From Squalus acanthias (taxonomy: Eukaryota), in NCBI GenBank assembly GCA_030390025.1, contig CM059438.1, positions 65,908,001 to 65,972,000 of the forward strand: a stretch of 64,000 nt of DNA. The letters run 5' to 3'. Below, piece by piece: positions 47,490 through 60,254 of this stretch (the first letter of the stretch is position 1; the number at the start of each line of letters is the position of its first letter). The notes below the pieces were generated by a model that did not search any database, was not told the origin of the DNA, and was given only the letters and a program-made list of their open reading frames with translations. A program made the position numbers and the translations under genes.

Positions 47490-48505
47490 TTTACATAGAA
47501 TATACAGCACAGAAACAGGCTATTCGGCCAACCAGACCATGCGGGCGTTTATGCTCCACTCGAGCCTCCTCCCATCCTTCCTCATCTAAATCTATCAGCA
47601 TAACTCTCTATTCCCTTATCCCTCATATGCTTATCTAGCTTCCCCTTAAATACATCTATACTATTTGCCTCAACTACTTCCTGTGGTAGCGAGTTCCACA
47701 TTTTCACCACTCTCTGGGTAAAGGAGTTTCTTCTGAATTCCCTGTTGGATTTCTTGGTGACTATCTTATATTGATGGCCTTTAGTTTTGCTCTTCCCCAC
47801 AAGTGGAAACACTCTCTCTGTATCTACTCTATCAAAACCTTTCATAATTTTAAAGACCTCTATTAGGTCACCCCTCAGCCTTCTCTTTTCAAAAGAAAAG
47901 AGACCCAGCCTATTCATCCTTTCCTGATAGGTATAACCTCGTAGTTCTGGTATCATCCTTGTAAATCTTTGTTGCAACCTCTCCAGTGTCTCTATATCCT
48001 TTTTATAATATGGCAACTAGAAATGTACACAGTACTCCAAGTGTGGTCTAACCAAGGTTCGATACAAGTTTAGTATAACTTCTCTACTTTTCAATTCTAT
48101 CCCTCTAGAATTAAACCCTGGCGCTTGGTTTGCTTTTGTTATGGCCTTATTGACCTGCGTTACAACTTTTTAGTGATTTGTGTATTTGTACACCCAGATC
48201 CCTTTGCTCTTCTACCCCATTTAGATTCTTATTTCCAAGTAATATGTGACCTTATTTTTTTTTACCAAACTTTAATACCTCAAACTTATCGATATTGAAA
48301 TTGATTTGCCAATTATATGGTCATTCTGCAAGTTTATTGATGTCTTCTTATAATTTGTGGCAGTCCTCGACAGTATTGACTATCTTCTCCAATATGGTGT
48401 TGTCCACAAATTTAGAAATTGTGTTATTGATTCCAAAGTCTAAATCGTTAATATAAATTGTGAACAACAGTGATCCCAGCACTGATCCTTGTGGGACCCC
48501 ACTTG
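47490..48505 (-). mobile_element. CR1 LINE 3' ~1 kb
   Basis: ORF 47582-48016 reads KKDIETLERLQQRFTRMIP...RLRGDLIEVFKIMKGFD...FTQRVVKMWNSLP. Same family as 32262-34590. Confidence 0.92.
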
Positions 48506-49708
48506 TTACCGGATCAAGAACCCAGAATCTGAGATAAATCTATGAAAAAGACTCCATTTAGTTGCAACTGGTTTATGTAAAAATTAAATTCTTACTCCCA
48601 CAAAGGATTCTTGTGGATAAAAGGGTGTTGGATAATTGGCTGCATAATTACAGTAAATGCACGTCAAAAGATTTGTGATGATGAACCACGATGTGGCAGA
48701 GTGGGAGGATTTTGTATACATTTGGACTGAATGTTCAAAATTCTCTGTGGTTATTTTCATACATGTCTTTAGAGAGGGAGTACAGTGAGACTGAGGTAAT
48801 GCAATGTTGGTGTCAATCAAAGCATCCTGATGGGGACAACTTATTTTTAAGATTTCGACTTTTGAAAATCCTGCTAGATACTTGTGACTGTGTCAGAGTG
48901 ACATTGGTTTTCTGTTGACGGGTCAACAATCCAATTTAGAAAAAAATCAGATTGCAGGATTTACAGAGACTCCGAAAAAGTCACAACTCGTCTATGCATT
49001 TTGCAAAAATAAAGTTTGGATGTAAATAGTAAAAAGTGGATGATCTTGCATATTAATATCTGCCTGTGCTTTCAGTTCTGAATTAGGAGATCCCAGAACA
49101 TTATGAACAAGATCTTTCCTACATCCCTACGTTTGTATATAACAAAATACTTGGATTTATACAGCACTTGATCATATCATTAAAAGTCTCAAAAGTGCTT
49201 TACGGAGAATTACTTTTGATGTGCACTGACTGCTGTTACATAGACAAGCGTAATCACAGACATGCCATGAACAGCAAAAAGGTGAATGACCCATTGAATC
49301 TTTGCTGTTTCAATCAATTTTTGCTGTGTTTCAAAAACTAATTTGTTGATTGTGAAGTGCTTTGGGATATAGTACAGCGCTGTATAAATGCAAGTTCCTT
49401 CTTTCTTTAAAGGGGAGGTGCTACAAGTGTAAATTCCTAGAATGTTTAATGCCTCTCCCCATATCTCTCCAGGACAATTAGCACTATTTTAGGAATTACA
49501 TTTGTCAATAATCCTATTTATGGGCTCTTCTGTAGTGCCTGTGACTGCTCCTTAGAATCATGCAGCACAGAAGGAGACCATTCGGCCCATCGTGCCTGTG
49601 CCGGCTCTTTGAAAGAGCTGTCTGATTAATCCCACTTTCCCCCTTTCCCCATAGCCCCCGCACGTTTTTTCCTTTTCAAGTATGCAGTTCCCTTTTGAAA
49701 GTCATTAT

Positions 49709-50117
49709 ATCCTGATACCAGACTCCCAAAACAAGCGCTCTACTCCGACACAGCAAGAGAGCCCCAGGTGGGCAGAGGAAACGCTTCAAGGACACCCTCA
49801 AAGCCTCCTTGAAAAAGTGCAACATCCCCACCGACACCTGGGAATCCCTGGCCCAAGACCAAAGTGGAGGAAAAGCATCCGGGAAGGCGCCGAACACCTC
49901 GAGTCTCTTCGTCGGGAGCAAGCGGAAGCCAAGCGCAAGCAGTGCAAGGCGCGCACGTCAACCCAAGCACCCCACCCACCCGCCCCTTCAACCACCGTCT
50001 GCCCCACCTGTGACAGAGACTGTAGGTCCCGCATTGGACTCATCAGTCACCTGAGAACTCATTTTTAATGTGGAAGCAAGTCATCCTCATCCCGAGGGAC
50101 TGCCTAAGAAGAAGAGA
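49709..50117 (+). mobile_element. RTE-clade LINE 3' end with C-terminal C2H2 finger, inserted in a CR1 tail
   Basis: PDTRLPKQALY..GGQRKRFKDTLKASLKKCNI..WESLAQD..CPTCDRDCRSRIGLISHLRTH, then an (AAG)n tail. Imperfect 12-bp TSD GAAAGTYAYTAT at 49697-49708 and 50118-50129. Confidence 0.8.
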
Positions 50118-51621
50118 GAAAGTTACTATTGAATCTCCTTCCACTAGTGGAACAATGTATTGAATGTGACACCAGTCACGGGATCCTTGTTGGAGGGCAA
50201 CGACTTTCTATTGTTGATGTCTGTTTATTTGGGCCAGTTGAAGAATAATGGCGAGCTTTTATTTGATTTATTCCTTCTTCAGTCTCTTGAGTTTTTCTGA
50301 TATTGTAAATTATTGGCAGTGATTGAGAAGAACCAAAATGACCAGCTCACTGTCACCCTGAAAGTGAATCCAGTCTGCTGACCTAAGTCCTTGCCACTGG
50401 TCCAATGGAAGACGCATACAGACTTATTGGACTTAAATCTGTCTCCGAGCTGAATTTTTCTCTTGTAGCAGATGTGAGAGTTCACCTTACAACTGTTAAC
50501 ATTGGAACTGCTCCATGGTGCCTGATCTTTCTATTTCCATAACTTTTTAAATATCTTTGCAGATCTCCTCCTGCTAAGTCAATTGTTGGGTGGTCTGTTT
50601 ACAAGGACATGAATGTTAAACCATGAAATGTCCAATCTATTATTCTGTTGCTAAGGTAAAGCTGTGCCCTTTAAATGTCACCAAGTTTAATTTCAGTTCA
50701 GCAAACGAAGGGCGAGATCAATTAGAGTGTAATTTCTCATTTTGAGGAAGACTGTAGATGGGAAGGTATCTGTGAATGTGAATTTCAGGCTGTAGGTTAG
50801 AAGCAAGGATGAACTGCCTGGCTTTCTTGTCATAGACTCATGCAGAATCATAGAATCATACAACACAGATGGAAGCCCTTCGGCCAATCAAGTCTGCCAA
50901 TATTTCAAACACAGTTCAACACAGCTGGTCACTTGGAACTCTCTGTTAGTAACGACTAAAGGAGTTAAATAAGCCGTTGACAGAAAGGATGGAGGTGTAC
51001 GTTATACAATAAAGCATTTAACTTTAAAAAACATTTAGGTATATTATTTTGGATCATTTCTCTGTACATTGCAAATGATTGGCTTCCTTTCTTTCTCATC
51101 AGAAATTTGTATATAGACATGCGCGAAGGATAAAATGTTTAGATCGATCTATGTTAATAATAATTTGCATTTATACAGTGGCTTTAATGTAGAAAAACAC
51201 CCTAAGATGCGTCCATCTATTTATTTAGCTATATCTCTCTGTTGGACTATCTCAGGAATTGGAATATCAGTGCTAGTACTGGAATATTTATGTCCCCCTC
51301 CTTCTCGTCCTCTGTGGAGTGAAGGTAATTACTGCTCAGGACAGACTGAGCCAGGTGCAAAGTGAAATCTCCCGCACCTCTGCCTCGGCAAGAGTTGTAG
51401 TTGGCCTCAGTGCCTCTGGGCTATGCCTGAGGAGAGGCACAAGCCCAGGTGTGGGATGCTTACTGCTCCAGATTTCCCCCCCCCCCCCAAATTCCTCTGT
51501 GAATGTGTCCAACTTCAACCTGAGGCCTCCCTCTGACAAGATGGAGAAAATAGCACGTTAGAATCTGTTAATATTTCAAACACAGTTCAGCACAGCTTGT
51601 CTCAGTTAGTAACAAGACAAA

Positions 51622-52118
51622 AAATCGATGAGTTAAAGGCGCAAGTTGCCACATGGGGTTATGTTATCGTGGTTATAACGGAGACCTGGCTTAAACATGG
51701 GCAGGAATAGGAGCTAAACATTCCTGGCCACAATGTATTCAGGAGGGATAGGGAAGGAAAAAAGACAGGCTGGGGATGGGGGGTGGGGGGCGGGGGTTGT
51801 GCCGTGGGGTGGCAGTATTGAGCAGAGATAATATTACAGTTCTCCAGAGGGAAGCTGTACCAGATGGTTCAAAGACTGAATCTATTTGGTTAGAGTTAAG
51901 GAACAGAAAAGGAGCTGTTACGTAGACCCCCAAATTGTGAGAAGGAGATAGAGGAGCAAATCTGTAGGCAAATTTGAGAATTGTAAAAATAATAGAGTAG
52001 TAACAATACGGGACTTCAATTACCCTAATATAGACTGGGAAAAAAACAGAGTAAAAAGCAAGGAGGGTGAAGAATTCCTAAAATGTGTACAGGAGAACTT
52101 CCTTAATCTGTATGTTTC
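51622..52118 (+). pseudogene. CR1 apurinic endonuclease (APE) domain remnant
   Basis: IDELKAQ..VVITETWL..LNIPGHNVFRRDR..RGVAVL..TESIWLEL..DFNYPNIDW..FLKCVQENFL. Confidence 0.8.
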
Positions 52119-52119
52119 C

Positions 52120-52408
52120 TCCAATGCTGGCCTCTTGTGCATCTCCCACTTCCTTCACCCCACCATTGGCGGCCGTGCTGTAAGCTGTCTAGGCCCTAAG
52201 CTCTGGAATTCCCTCCCCAAAGCTCTTCACCTCTCCTCCTTTTAAGACACTGCTTAAAAGCGACCTCTTTGACCAACGTTTGGTCTCCTCTCCTAATATT
52301 CCCTTATTTGGCTTGGTATCAATTATTCTGTCTGCTAATGCTCCTGTGAAGTGCCATGGGACGTTTTACTAGGTTAAAGGCGTTATATAAATGCAAGTTA
52401 TTGTTGTT
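52120..52408 (+). mobile_element. L2 3' fragment
   Basis: TIGGRAVSCLGPKLWNSLPK and tail TATATAAATGCAAGTTATTGTTG. Confidence 0.85.
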
Positions 52409-53837
52409 TGGATCTCTAAGTCTCGCCGATGTAAGTTGTACAGTGTGATAAGAATGATGTGATGCTTCAAGGGCAGCGAACGTAACTGTAAAAGAGACAG
52501 ATGTCTGGCTTACTGGTGCAGTGCTAAACATTTCCTCACATCTTTCTGATTGAAGGTTCGGATTTCAGCCACGGTCAGGCTCTGGATATAGTTGACAAGC
52601 GTGTGCAGTGTGTTGGTTAGTGCTAGCTTGACGGCTTCTAAATGGAGACTCTTGCCGTTGTTAAACTGATAACCTTGCTTTGGTAATCCAAGCATAGAGA
52701 ATTATCTCATTTGCACGCACTCCCTGCTGATCAGGCTAGTGAGGCCCGACTGCAGGGTTATGCTAATATGAGTACACGGACGCCTGACAAGCCGCAGTAT
52801 CCCTTTCCCAACACAGTTACTGAGGTCAGGCCATTGTCAATAATGAGAACTTGGGAAGAAAATAAGCAGCTGAATAGATTGAGAATCCACTAGAATAAAA
52901 TTGCTTTTTGATTTGGGCCTTGCTTTGTTTCAATGAATGGCAGTTTGTATTATAATTCATGCAGTTTCTGCTGCTGATTCAAACTCGAGTTGCCTCATCT
53001 TAACTGGGATGATGGGTAAGGTGGTTCAATGGGCCTCAATGTTCATTGAATTCCCACCACCCTCCCTGAGCTCCTGATAACAATCCAGTGAGTCCAGCTG
53101 AAAAGCTCAGGTACGAAGACATGCAGTGAAGATTGCGTCAAGTTTGGCCACGACCGCTGCCCTCCCACGGTTGAATGGCCGGCTGCCTCTCTCAGTGTCC
53201 AGGCTCACACATGAGAAGCAGCTATTTGTAAAAGGTATCAGAGGGGACAGGCGACCGTGGAAATGTACTCCAGCAACGTCAGAGAGGAAACAGCGGAGGG
53301 AACCGTTGGGGTGAGAATTTTTAGAAGAGGTTACAGCCCCCTGTAGATTGTACACAATTTTTAGAAACGGTAAACTTACTATATCTCACTGAAAAGGTCA
53401 GAGACTTTGACAGGTTTGGAGTCTCAGTTTCAGGTCGATTTCATAAATCAAAACCAACAAAACACTGATTGCTGTAGGTAGGCCACTATCAGAAGCACGT
53501 TAGTTAGCAAGCAGATTATTGCAATATAAATTACTAAGCTGTGAAAGAAAAAATAAGTTTGGAATAATTCCAGAGTCTTAATCCGTTGCAGGTTAAGAAT
53601 GTCTTCCTCGATGTAATGTCTGTGGAAAGGGTTTTTGAAATTTAGGACTGATGATGGCAAACCAGGAATGAATGGAGCTTGAGTATGTTTTCCATTCTAG
53701 GTATTCTCTTTAATCCTGTTAAGTTTTCATTTATTTTTCTAAACTCCCCAGCGCCAACCCAGTGACTGATTCCGGATACAGTTCCACCAGTGCAATTGGC
53801 CCTCTGGTCCCCTTGTACAAGAAGCCGTTCTCGTGTG

Positions 53838-54105
53838 TAAGAACATAAGAAATAGGAGCAGGAGCAGGCCATTCGGCCCCTCGAGCCGGCTCTGCCATTC
53901 AATAAGATCATGGCTGATCTCAACTCCACACTCCTGCCTGCTCCCCATAACCCTTGATTCCCCTGTTTTTCAAAAATCTGTCGATCTCCGCCTTGAATAT
54001 ATTCAATGACTCAGCCTCCACAGCTCTCTGGGGTAGAGAATTCCAAAGATTCACGACCCTCTGAGAGAAGAAATTCCTCCTCATCTCCGTTTTAAATGGA
54101 CCCTT
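53838..54105 (-). mobile_element. CR1 3' end
   Basis: FKTEMRRNFFSQRVVNLWNSLPQRAVEAESLNIFKAEIDRFL; (TAAGAACA)n tail. Confidence 0.9.
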
Positions 54106-54249
54106 GGCAGTCAACAATTTATAGCAGGCCTCACTGGTTAGCTATCACGAGCAGGAACAGTTAGTAAGAATGGGGGAGTGAGAAGAAGACAGGAAGAATT
54201 AATTTTTATAGATCTCAGGATGTCCCAAATAGCTTTACAGCCAATGAGG

Positions 54250-54566
54250 GGGTGCCGCACCGTTGCAGGTGCCGTCTTCCAGAACTGGCATTAAACCAAG
54301 TGGATGTAAAAGATTCCATGGCAATATTTCGAAGAAGAGCAGGGGAGTTATCCCCGGTGTCTTGGCCAATACTTATCCCTCAACCAATATCACTAAAATG
54401 GATTACCTGGTCATTTATTGCATTGCTGTTTGTGGGAGCTTGCTGTGTGCAGATTGGCTGCCACATTTTCTACATTACAACAGAGACCACCCTTCAAAAA
54501 GTACTTCATTGGCTGTAAAGTGCTTTGGGACGTCTTGAGGTTGTGAAAGGTGCGATATAAATACAT
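54250..54566 (+). mobile_element. Deu-type SINE whose tail is split by a MITE
   Basis: Core and tail run to TATAAATACAT; the tail resumes as CAAGTCTT at ~55278. Confidence 0.8.
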
Positions 54567-55277
54567 GGGAGAAAATTTCGGTTGCTTTGCGCCTCCCGTT
54601 AGTTGCAAAGCAACTAGCGCCCAGGCGCGGTGCCACCAACGCCTCCTGCGAAATTCAGCAGGGGGTTAGCGGCGGCGCTAACTGTTAGTGCCCCGCAGCG
54701 CTGTGCCGCCGGCGATGATGTCATCGCCGTGCGCAATGCCCCGCTCGCGCCCCGGCCACGATCTTCGGTAGCGCCCCCTGACTTACCGCCGGAAGCTATA
54801 TCCGACGAGGTCAGGGGGGCCTACTTGCGGCCGGGGCGGCGCTATTTAAAGGCGAGGTGCCGGGTGGCCATTTTTGTTGCTGGCCGCCTGCCAGCACCTG
54901 CCTCCGTTGCCGGCCCCGGCCTCCTGAACCGCCCCCCCCCCGCGGAGTGCCGGCTGCGCTCCATGAACCCGACACTTCTCTTGAGTGCCGGGCTCTTTTG
55001 CTGGCAGTCCGATCCCCGGTGGCCCAGCTGGGCCCCTCTCCTTTTAGAAAGGGAGGAAGGCCTGCAATACAGGAGGACGCGCTGCGGCACATAGCGCCGT
55101 GATATTCCCTCGCAGCACCCCAAGAGGGAGGCGGGGCGCTTCCAGTAGCGCACCGCTTCCCTCTTGGGGCGCAACCACTCAATTTTGGCCGCTGGGGCGC
55201 TAATTTTTCCCAGGCGCTAAAAGTAGCACCCCGGCGAAGTTAGCACCCCAAAGGGGGCGCGACTCAATTTTCCCCCC
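54567..55277. mobile_element. CpG-rich Harbinger-type MITE
   Basis: TIRs GGGAGAAAATT...AATTTTCCCCC, repeated GGGGCGC/TAGCGCC subterminal motifs, CAT/CAA flanks. Confidence 0.75.
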
Positions 55278-56304
55278 CAAGTCTTACATTTTTGTCTTCC
55301 GTGCACATTAAAAGAAAAAGAAAGTGTTTAAAGGAAAGGAGAGTCTAAGAGAGGTAAATTTTTAACCGTGCCATTTCCTGATAAATAATATACTTGAGAG
55401 AATTTTATTTTAATTTTTTTTTGTAAATGCAGTCATTTTCTTACCTGAAACTCCAGTTGTTGGGATGGTTTCCTGGGTCCTATCACTCTGAGGCTAGTCT
55501 GAAGACATTGTCCTAGTTTTCTATGGCGCGACATCAGATCACATGGTGGGGCTCCCATCACTGGAGTGGTCTAGTAAAGAGGGACACCCAAATTAATGCA
55601 AGTAAGAAAAAAAATGACAGAAAATGTTAAATTCTAGCCAATATTATAATCATAAGCTCTTCCTTTCCCCTTCAGTTGACTGCGACAGTTTCGAATACAT
55701 GTTAGAATTTGATATTCTGAGCAATCATAAAGGGTCAAGCTTTCTCCTCTCAATAAATGTGTGCCATTGCTTCCTGCAAAGACTACTGTACAACTCGAGG
55801 AAAGTGACTGCAGTGACACCAAATTAAAACAGATTGTGACAAGTGTCAGGGTTGCCTTCACACAATTCCCACCCACAGCTGGAAGCTCACACATAGGAAA
55901 CATTTCAATTTAGTTTAAGAGCTCTGCCTTTCTACAGCGGATGGTTTATGACCTCCCAAGGCAGTTTCTGTTTGGGGTTGTAATGCAGTTTACTAATCAG
56001 TTGAGCTCACAAAATAAATTTGGTTTCATAACTGTTTGCTCTCCCTCTGTTGTGTGGTTCCTCGGGAGATCAATGACTGAACACTTTTGTTTATTTTCCA
56101 TGCAAACTCATGGATAAGTGTGAGCAGCCATTACTTGGTTGATCCTGACCTAAAGCTTTTAAGAGTGCTGCAGTCTCTCCTTATAATACATGACGCCAAT
56201 TAGAGGAAGGGGCATTGCCACACTGGCAAGGCATTCAGCGTACACGGCGGGTGTCAGTTATATTGCTATGGTTCCTTAGGCCTGCATTGTGTGATGTAAG
56301 GTCA

Positions 56305-56517
56305 TGATGCGGACATGCCGGTGTTGGACTGGGGTGGACACAAGTGAGAAGTCGCACAACACCAGGTTATAGTCCAACAGTTTTATTTGAAATCACAAGC
56401 TTTCGGAGCTGCTGCTCCTTCGTCAGGTGAAGTGAAGGAATACAGATCGGCAAAGCATATATAGACAGAGAACAAGGCATTGTTGGACTATAACCTGGTG
56501 TTGTGCGACTTCTCACT
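56305..56517 (-). mobile_element. Non-autonomous PLE (family A), second copy
   Basis: 13-bp TSD TGATGTAAGGTCA at 56292-56304 and 56518-56530. Near-identical to the 12916-13247 arm, with a short inverted arm at ~56481-56517. Confidence 0.88.
56393..56430 (-). ncRNA. Minimal type I hammerhead ribozyme motif
   Basis: UCAC-CUGACGA-A-GGAGC AGCA GCUCC-GAAA-GC-UU-GUGA on the minus strand. Confidence 0.8.
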
Positions 56518-56959
56518 TGATGTAAGGTCAGCAGACATTGGTTTTGGTCCTCTTCCTAGGGACGTTCCTGAAGTGCCACTCTTGACCGCTGAGCTCCACT
56601 TCCCAGCTTCCAATTTTTTTTAAGTTCAGTTCCACTTATTGAGTTTATTCAGCTGGTTGTTTGCTCTTTACGGAGCTGGATTATCCCAGCCTCAAAACCT
56701 GGCATGAGCTGAGTTAGCTAATCTCAGCCAGAGCAACAGAACCTGTGCTAAAATTCATACAATCATAGAATTTGACAGCACCGAAGGAGGCCATTCGGCC
56801 CATTGTGCCTGTGTCAGCTCTTTGAACGAGCGATCCAATTAGTCCTACTCCCCCGTTCTTTCCTCCTCGCTCTGTAAATTTTTCCTTTTCAAATATAGAT
56901 CCAATTCCCTTTTTTGGCCTCTGAAAGTTATAGCACCTCTTCCATTGGGCTCGGAAAGG

Positions 56960-57410
56960 GAAACTCAGTGTTTTCCGAGGTGAGAGTTCTACCACTGAGC
57001 GAAAGAAAAAACTTGCATTGATATAGCACCTTTCACAGCCTCAGGACATCCCAAAGTCCTTCACAGACAGTCAATTACTTTTCAAGTGTAGTCAGTGTTG
57101 ATATGCAGACAAATGTGGCAGCCAAATTTGTGCAAAGTCCCACAAACAGCAAATGAGACAAATGACAGATAATTTGTTTGTCTGGTGTTGTCTGAGGGTT
57201 GGATGTTAGTCAGGATATTGGGAAATCTCCTCTGTTCAATTAAGGATAGTGCCATGGAATCTTTTTATGTCTAGCTGAACAGACAGAAAGGGCCGTTGTG
57301 TAATGCCTCATCCTGCAGACAACAATGTAGCCCTTCCTCAGCACTGCACTGAAAGAAAGAAAGACTTGCATTTATATAGCGCCTTTCACGACCACCGGAC
57401 GTCCCTGAAG
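56960..57410 (-). mobile_element. Deu-type SINE fragments
   Basis: Reverse-complement tails (GAAA)n-ACTTGCAT at ~57001 and ~57351, plus core. Confidence 0.7.
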
Positions 57411-58249
57411 TAGTGAGAAACAACCAAGAATAACTAATAAAACAAGAAAGAATTACTAATACAATTCAGTCAAACGAGCAAAAAGGGTACCTTGGACCTA
57501 ACATATGAGAACTGGTGCTGTAAAAAACAGCAGAAAAGCATTATAATGACCCATGGGATATGATTTTACATGCCATTAGTCGCCTGACCTTATATGCGCC
57601 ATTGCTGTGAGTAGGTTATAAATTGCATCCCATGCGACTTCCTAATGTAATCTGTGTAGTATGCACCGCGTTGCTAATGAGAATTGGATGGAAATCTTTG
57701 TTTTTCGGATCGGAAATCATTTTATTTCATCTCCAATTCTCTTGGCTACCTCTAACCCTACAACAACTGTAGCTTTATGTCCAACGCCAAGTCATCTGCC
57801 AATGCTGCTCCAAACAAGCCGCTGGGAAATGAATGAGAATCCCCGAGATAATTTCCCCCTCAGCATTACAGTCAGGAGCACTGGAGAGTGGAGGATAAAA
57901 CCAGACTCTCGTCACTCTACAGCACAAAGTGTTAGTGCTCCAATGAGTTGCACTGACACAAGGCTTAATAGAAGTAATTGTTTTCAACATGACTATATGT
58001 GTGAATTAGGGAGGTTTTTTTTTCAACTGCCATTGTGATCTTTTCTTCCCTCACTGGGTTGCCTGTAGTCCATTCTGTTATGGAGCTGGAAAAATATGGA
58101 GAAGATTTTATAATGAGTGGTGTAATTGGACCTCAAGACTTTGTCAATGCTCAGTGATCTGGGGCAACAGCAGCACAAGGCAGAGCATCTATCAAGATTT
58201 AGAAAGCATTTTCTTCCGTTGAATATTTTCCCCATCCTCTGCTCTGAGC

Positions 58250-58539
58250 ATACTGGCCTCTTGTGCATCCCGACTTCTTCACTCCACCATTGGTGGCCGT
58301 ACCTTCAGCCGTCGAGACCCGATGCTCTGAAATTCCCCCCCTAAAACTCTCTGCCTCTCTCTCCTCCTTTAAGACATTCCTTAAAACCTACCTCTTTAAC
58401 CAAGTTTTTGGTCACCTGTCCTAATGTCTCCTTCTTTGGCACAGTGGCAAATTATATCTGGTTATGCTCCTGTTCAGTGCTAGGGGATATTTTACTCTGT
58501 TAAAGGTACTATATAAATGCAAGTTGTTGTTGTTGTTGT
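58250..58539 (+). mobile_element. L2 3' fragment
   Basis: STIGGRTFS...FKTFLKTYLF and tail TATATAAATGCAAG(TTG)5. Confidence 0.85.
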
Positions 58540-58899
58540 GGATTACTGATGAGTGCTGAGATACAATGATTTCTGACATCGTATTCCTTTGTGATTCTTA
58601 ATCTCTTCATTGCTCTGCTTCTCTGTCCTGCTTGAAAAACTTCCCTCAAAATCCATCTTGTAGTAGCAGGGGTCGAGTAGGGTTGTCACCATCCAGGATT
58701 GCTCAGGAGTCTCCCGGAATTGGGCATGAATCTCCCAGGCACTGCTGTTAGCTATGCTTTTACATTCCTGCTGCAGCAGTAGCCCCCATCCCACCGCATC
58801 CCCCACACCCGTCCCCCGCTCCATAACACCACCCCCACCCCCTGCTGCTGTAGAGAGTCTGTCCCCATTTAGGGGTGACTGGAAATGGGACTGGAGGGA

Positions 58900-59470
58900 C
58901 GCTGGGAGACTCGAGAGGCGGGGAAAGAGAGAGAGATGAAGAGGTACAGGGCATGGGATTGGGGGGAGGGGGAGAGTGGATAACCCAGGCCTGTCGGGAT
59001 GTTCGAGGAATTGGGGGGAGGGTGGTTGGAGAGAAGGACTGGGGGTTGGCAAAGAGGGGGACAGGAGATGGGGTTGGAGGGGGGGGGCGGGGAGACAGGG
59101 GACAGGGATGGGGAGAGAGAGGGAAATGGGAACAGGAGCCAGGGAAGTAAGCGAGACAGGAATGGGGCTCAGGGTATGTGGGAGAGAGGAAGACTGGGAT
59201 GGGTGGGAGAATGGAGGACAAGGGATGTGGGACAGAAGAAGACTGGGTGTTTGGGACAATGGAGGTCAGGAGATGGAAAGGGAGGGAGATTGGGGGGTTG
59301 GGAGAATGAGGTTCGGGGGTTGGGAGAATGAGGTTCGGGGGCTGGGGAGAGAGGGAGACTGAGGAATGAGGATCAAGGGAAAGTGGGAGAGAGGGAAACT
59401 GGGAATGGAGGTTGGGATGTGGATAAAGGAAGACTGGGGAATGGGGATCAGAGGAAAGTGGGAGAGAGAG
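58900..59470 (+). repeat. G/A-rich low-complexity tract
   Basis: Dense GGG runs; tandem GGGGGTTGGGAGAATGAGGTTC x2 at ~59292-59335. Confidence 0.8.
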
Positions 59471-60254
59471 ATACTCACAAGTGGCTATTGTAGCAGAGAC
59501 TAGAACATCATTTAAAAAGGAATGGATAAGTATTTCAAAAGGAGGAATATTAAAAAATCTGAGGGGAATGGGATTACAGGAGAGAGCACCGAATGGCCTC
59601 CTCCTGTGCTGGAATTTCTTTCATCCCAGGAAACCTCTCCTTTACTGAAGCTGAGCCCAGGGAGTGGTTTGGAAAGGTTGGTGTTGAGCTGAGCCCAGCT
59701 GAGGATGATGCTCCCTGTGAGAAGAGCCTCAAACACCGAGCCTGCTACCCTTTGTGAGATCTCTCGGTTTGGTTCAGGTCAGTCTGAGCTGGCTAATTTT
59801 GAAGTGTGATAAGTACAGCTGGGCTCTGACTGAGTTCAGAGTTGTCATCTTCACACAGATCCAAACTAGAGTCTAAGGAGATAGGGAGAGAGATGGGGCC
59901 TGTTAAAAGTGGCATCGACTGGGGAGCCTTGTGCAGTGCAGGGGGATTTTGGCTGTAGTTATCGGGTGAATATCAGCAGGTTATAGGATTACTATTCGTT
60001 ACAGGTAGGATATTGGAGCATTACACCTGTTACTACCTGCTACATATAGACTAGTGAGTTAATGTATTACTGTTGGTTATGAGAGGAATCTGAGTGTTAC
60101 CAGTATTGCTATTAAATATTGGTGCAATTTCAGTGATTTACTATTAGTTACTGGTAGAATCAAAGTTCCTCCCACCTCTGGTTTACCCCTCTACGAATCG
60201 ATCTCCCATCTTTGGTTTCCCATCATTGCTTGCTGACTTCCTGGTTCTCGGAAC

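Noticed and set aside
54630..55182. Overlapping GC-rich ORFs / apparent CpG-island gene start
   Set aside because: They lie wholly inside a TIR-bounded insertion, and high GC explains the lack of stops.
58543..59478. Pro-rich and Gly-rich ORFs up to 238 aa
   Set aside because: Low-complexity G/A tract that lacks stop codons; no domain motifs.
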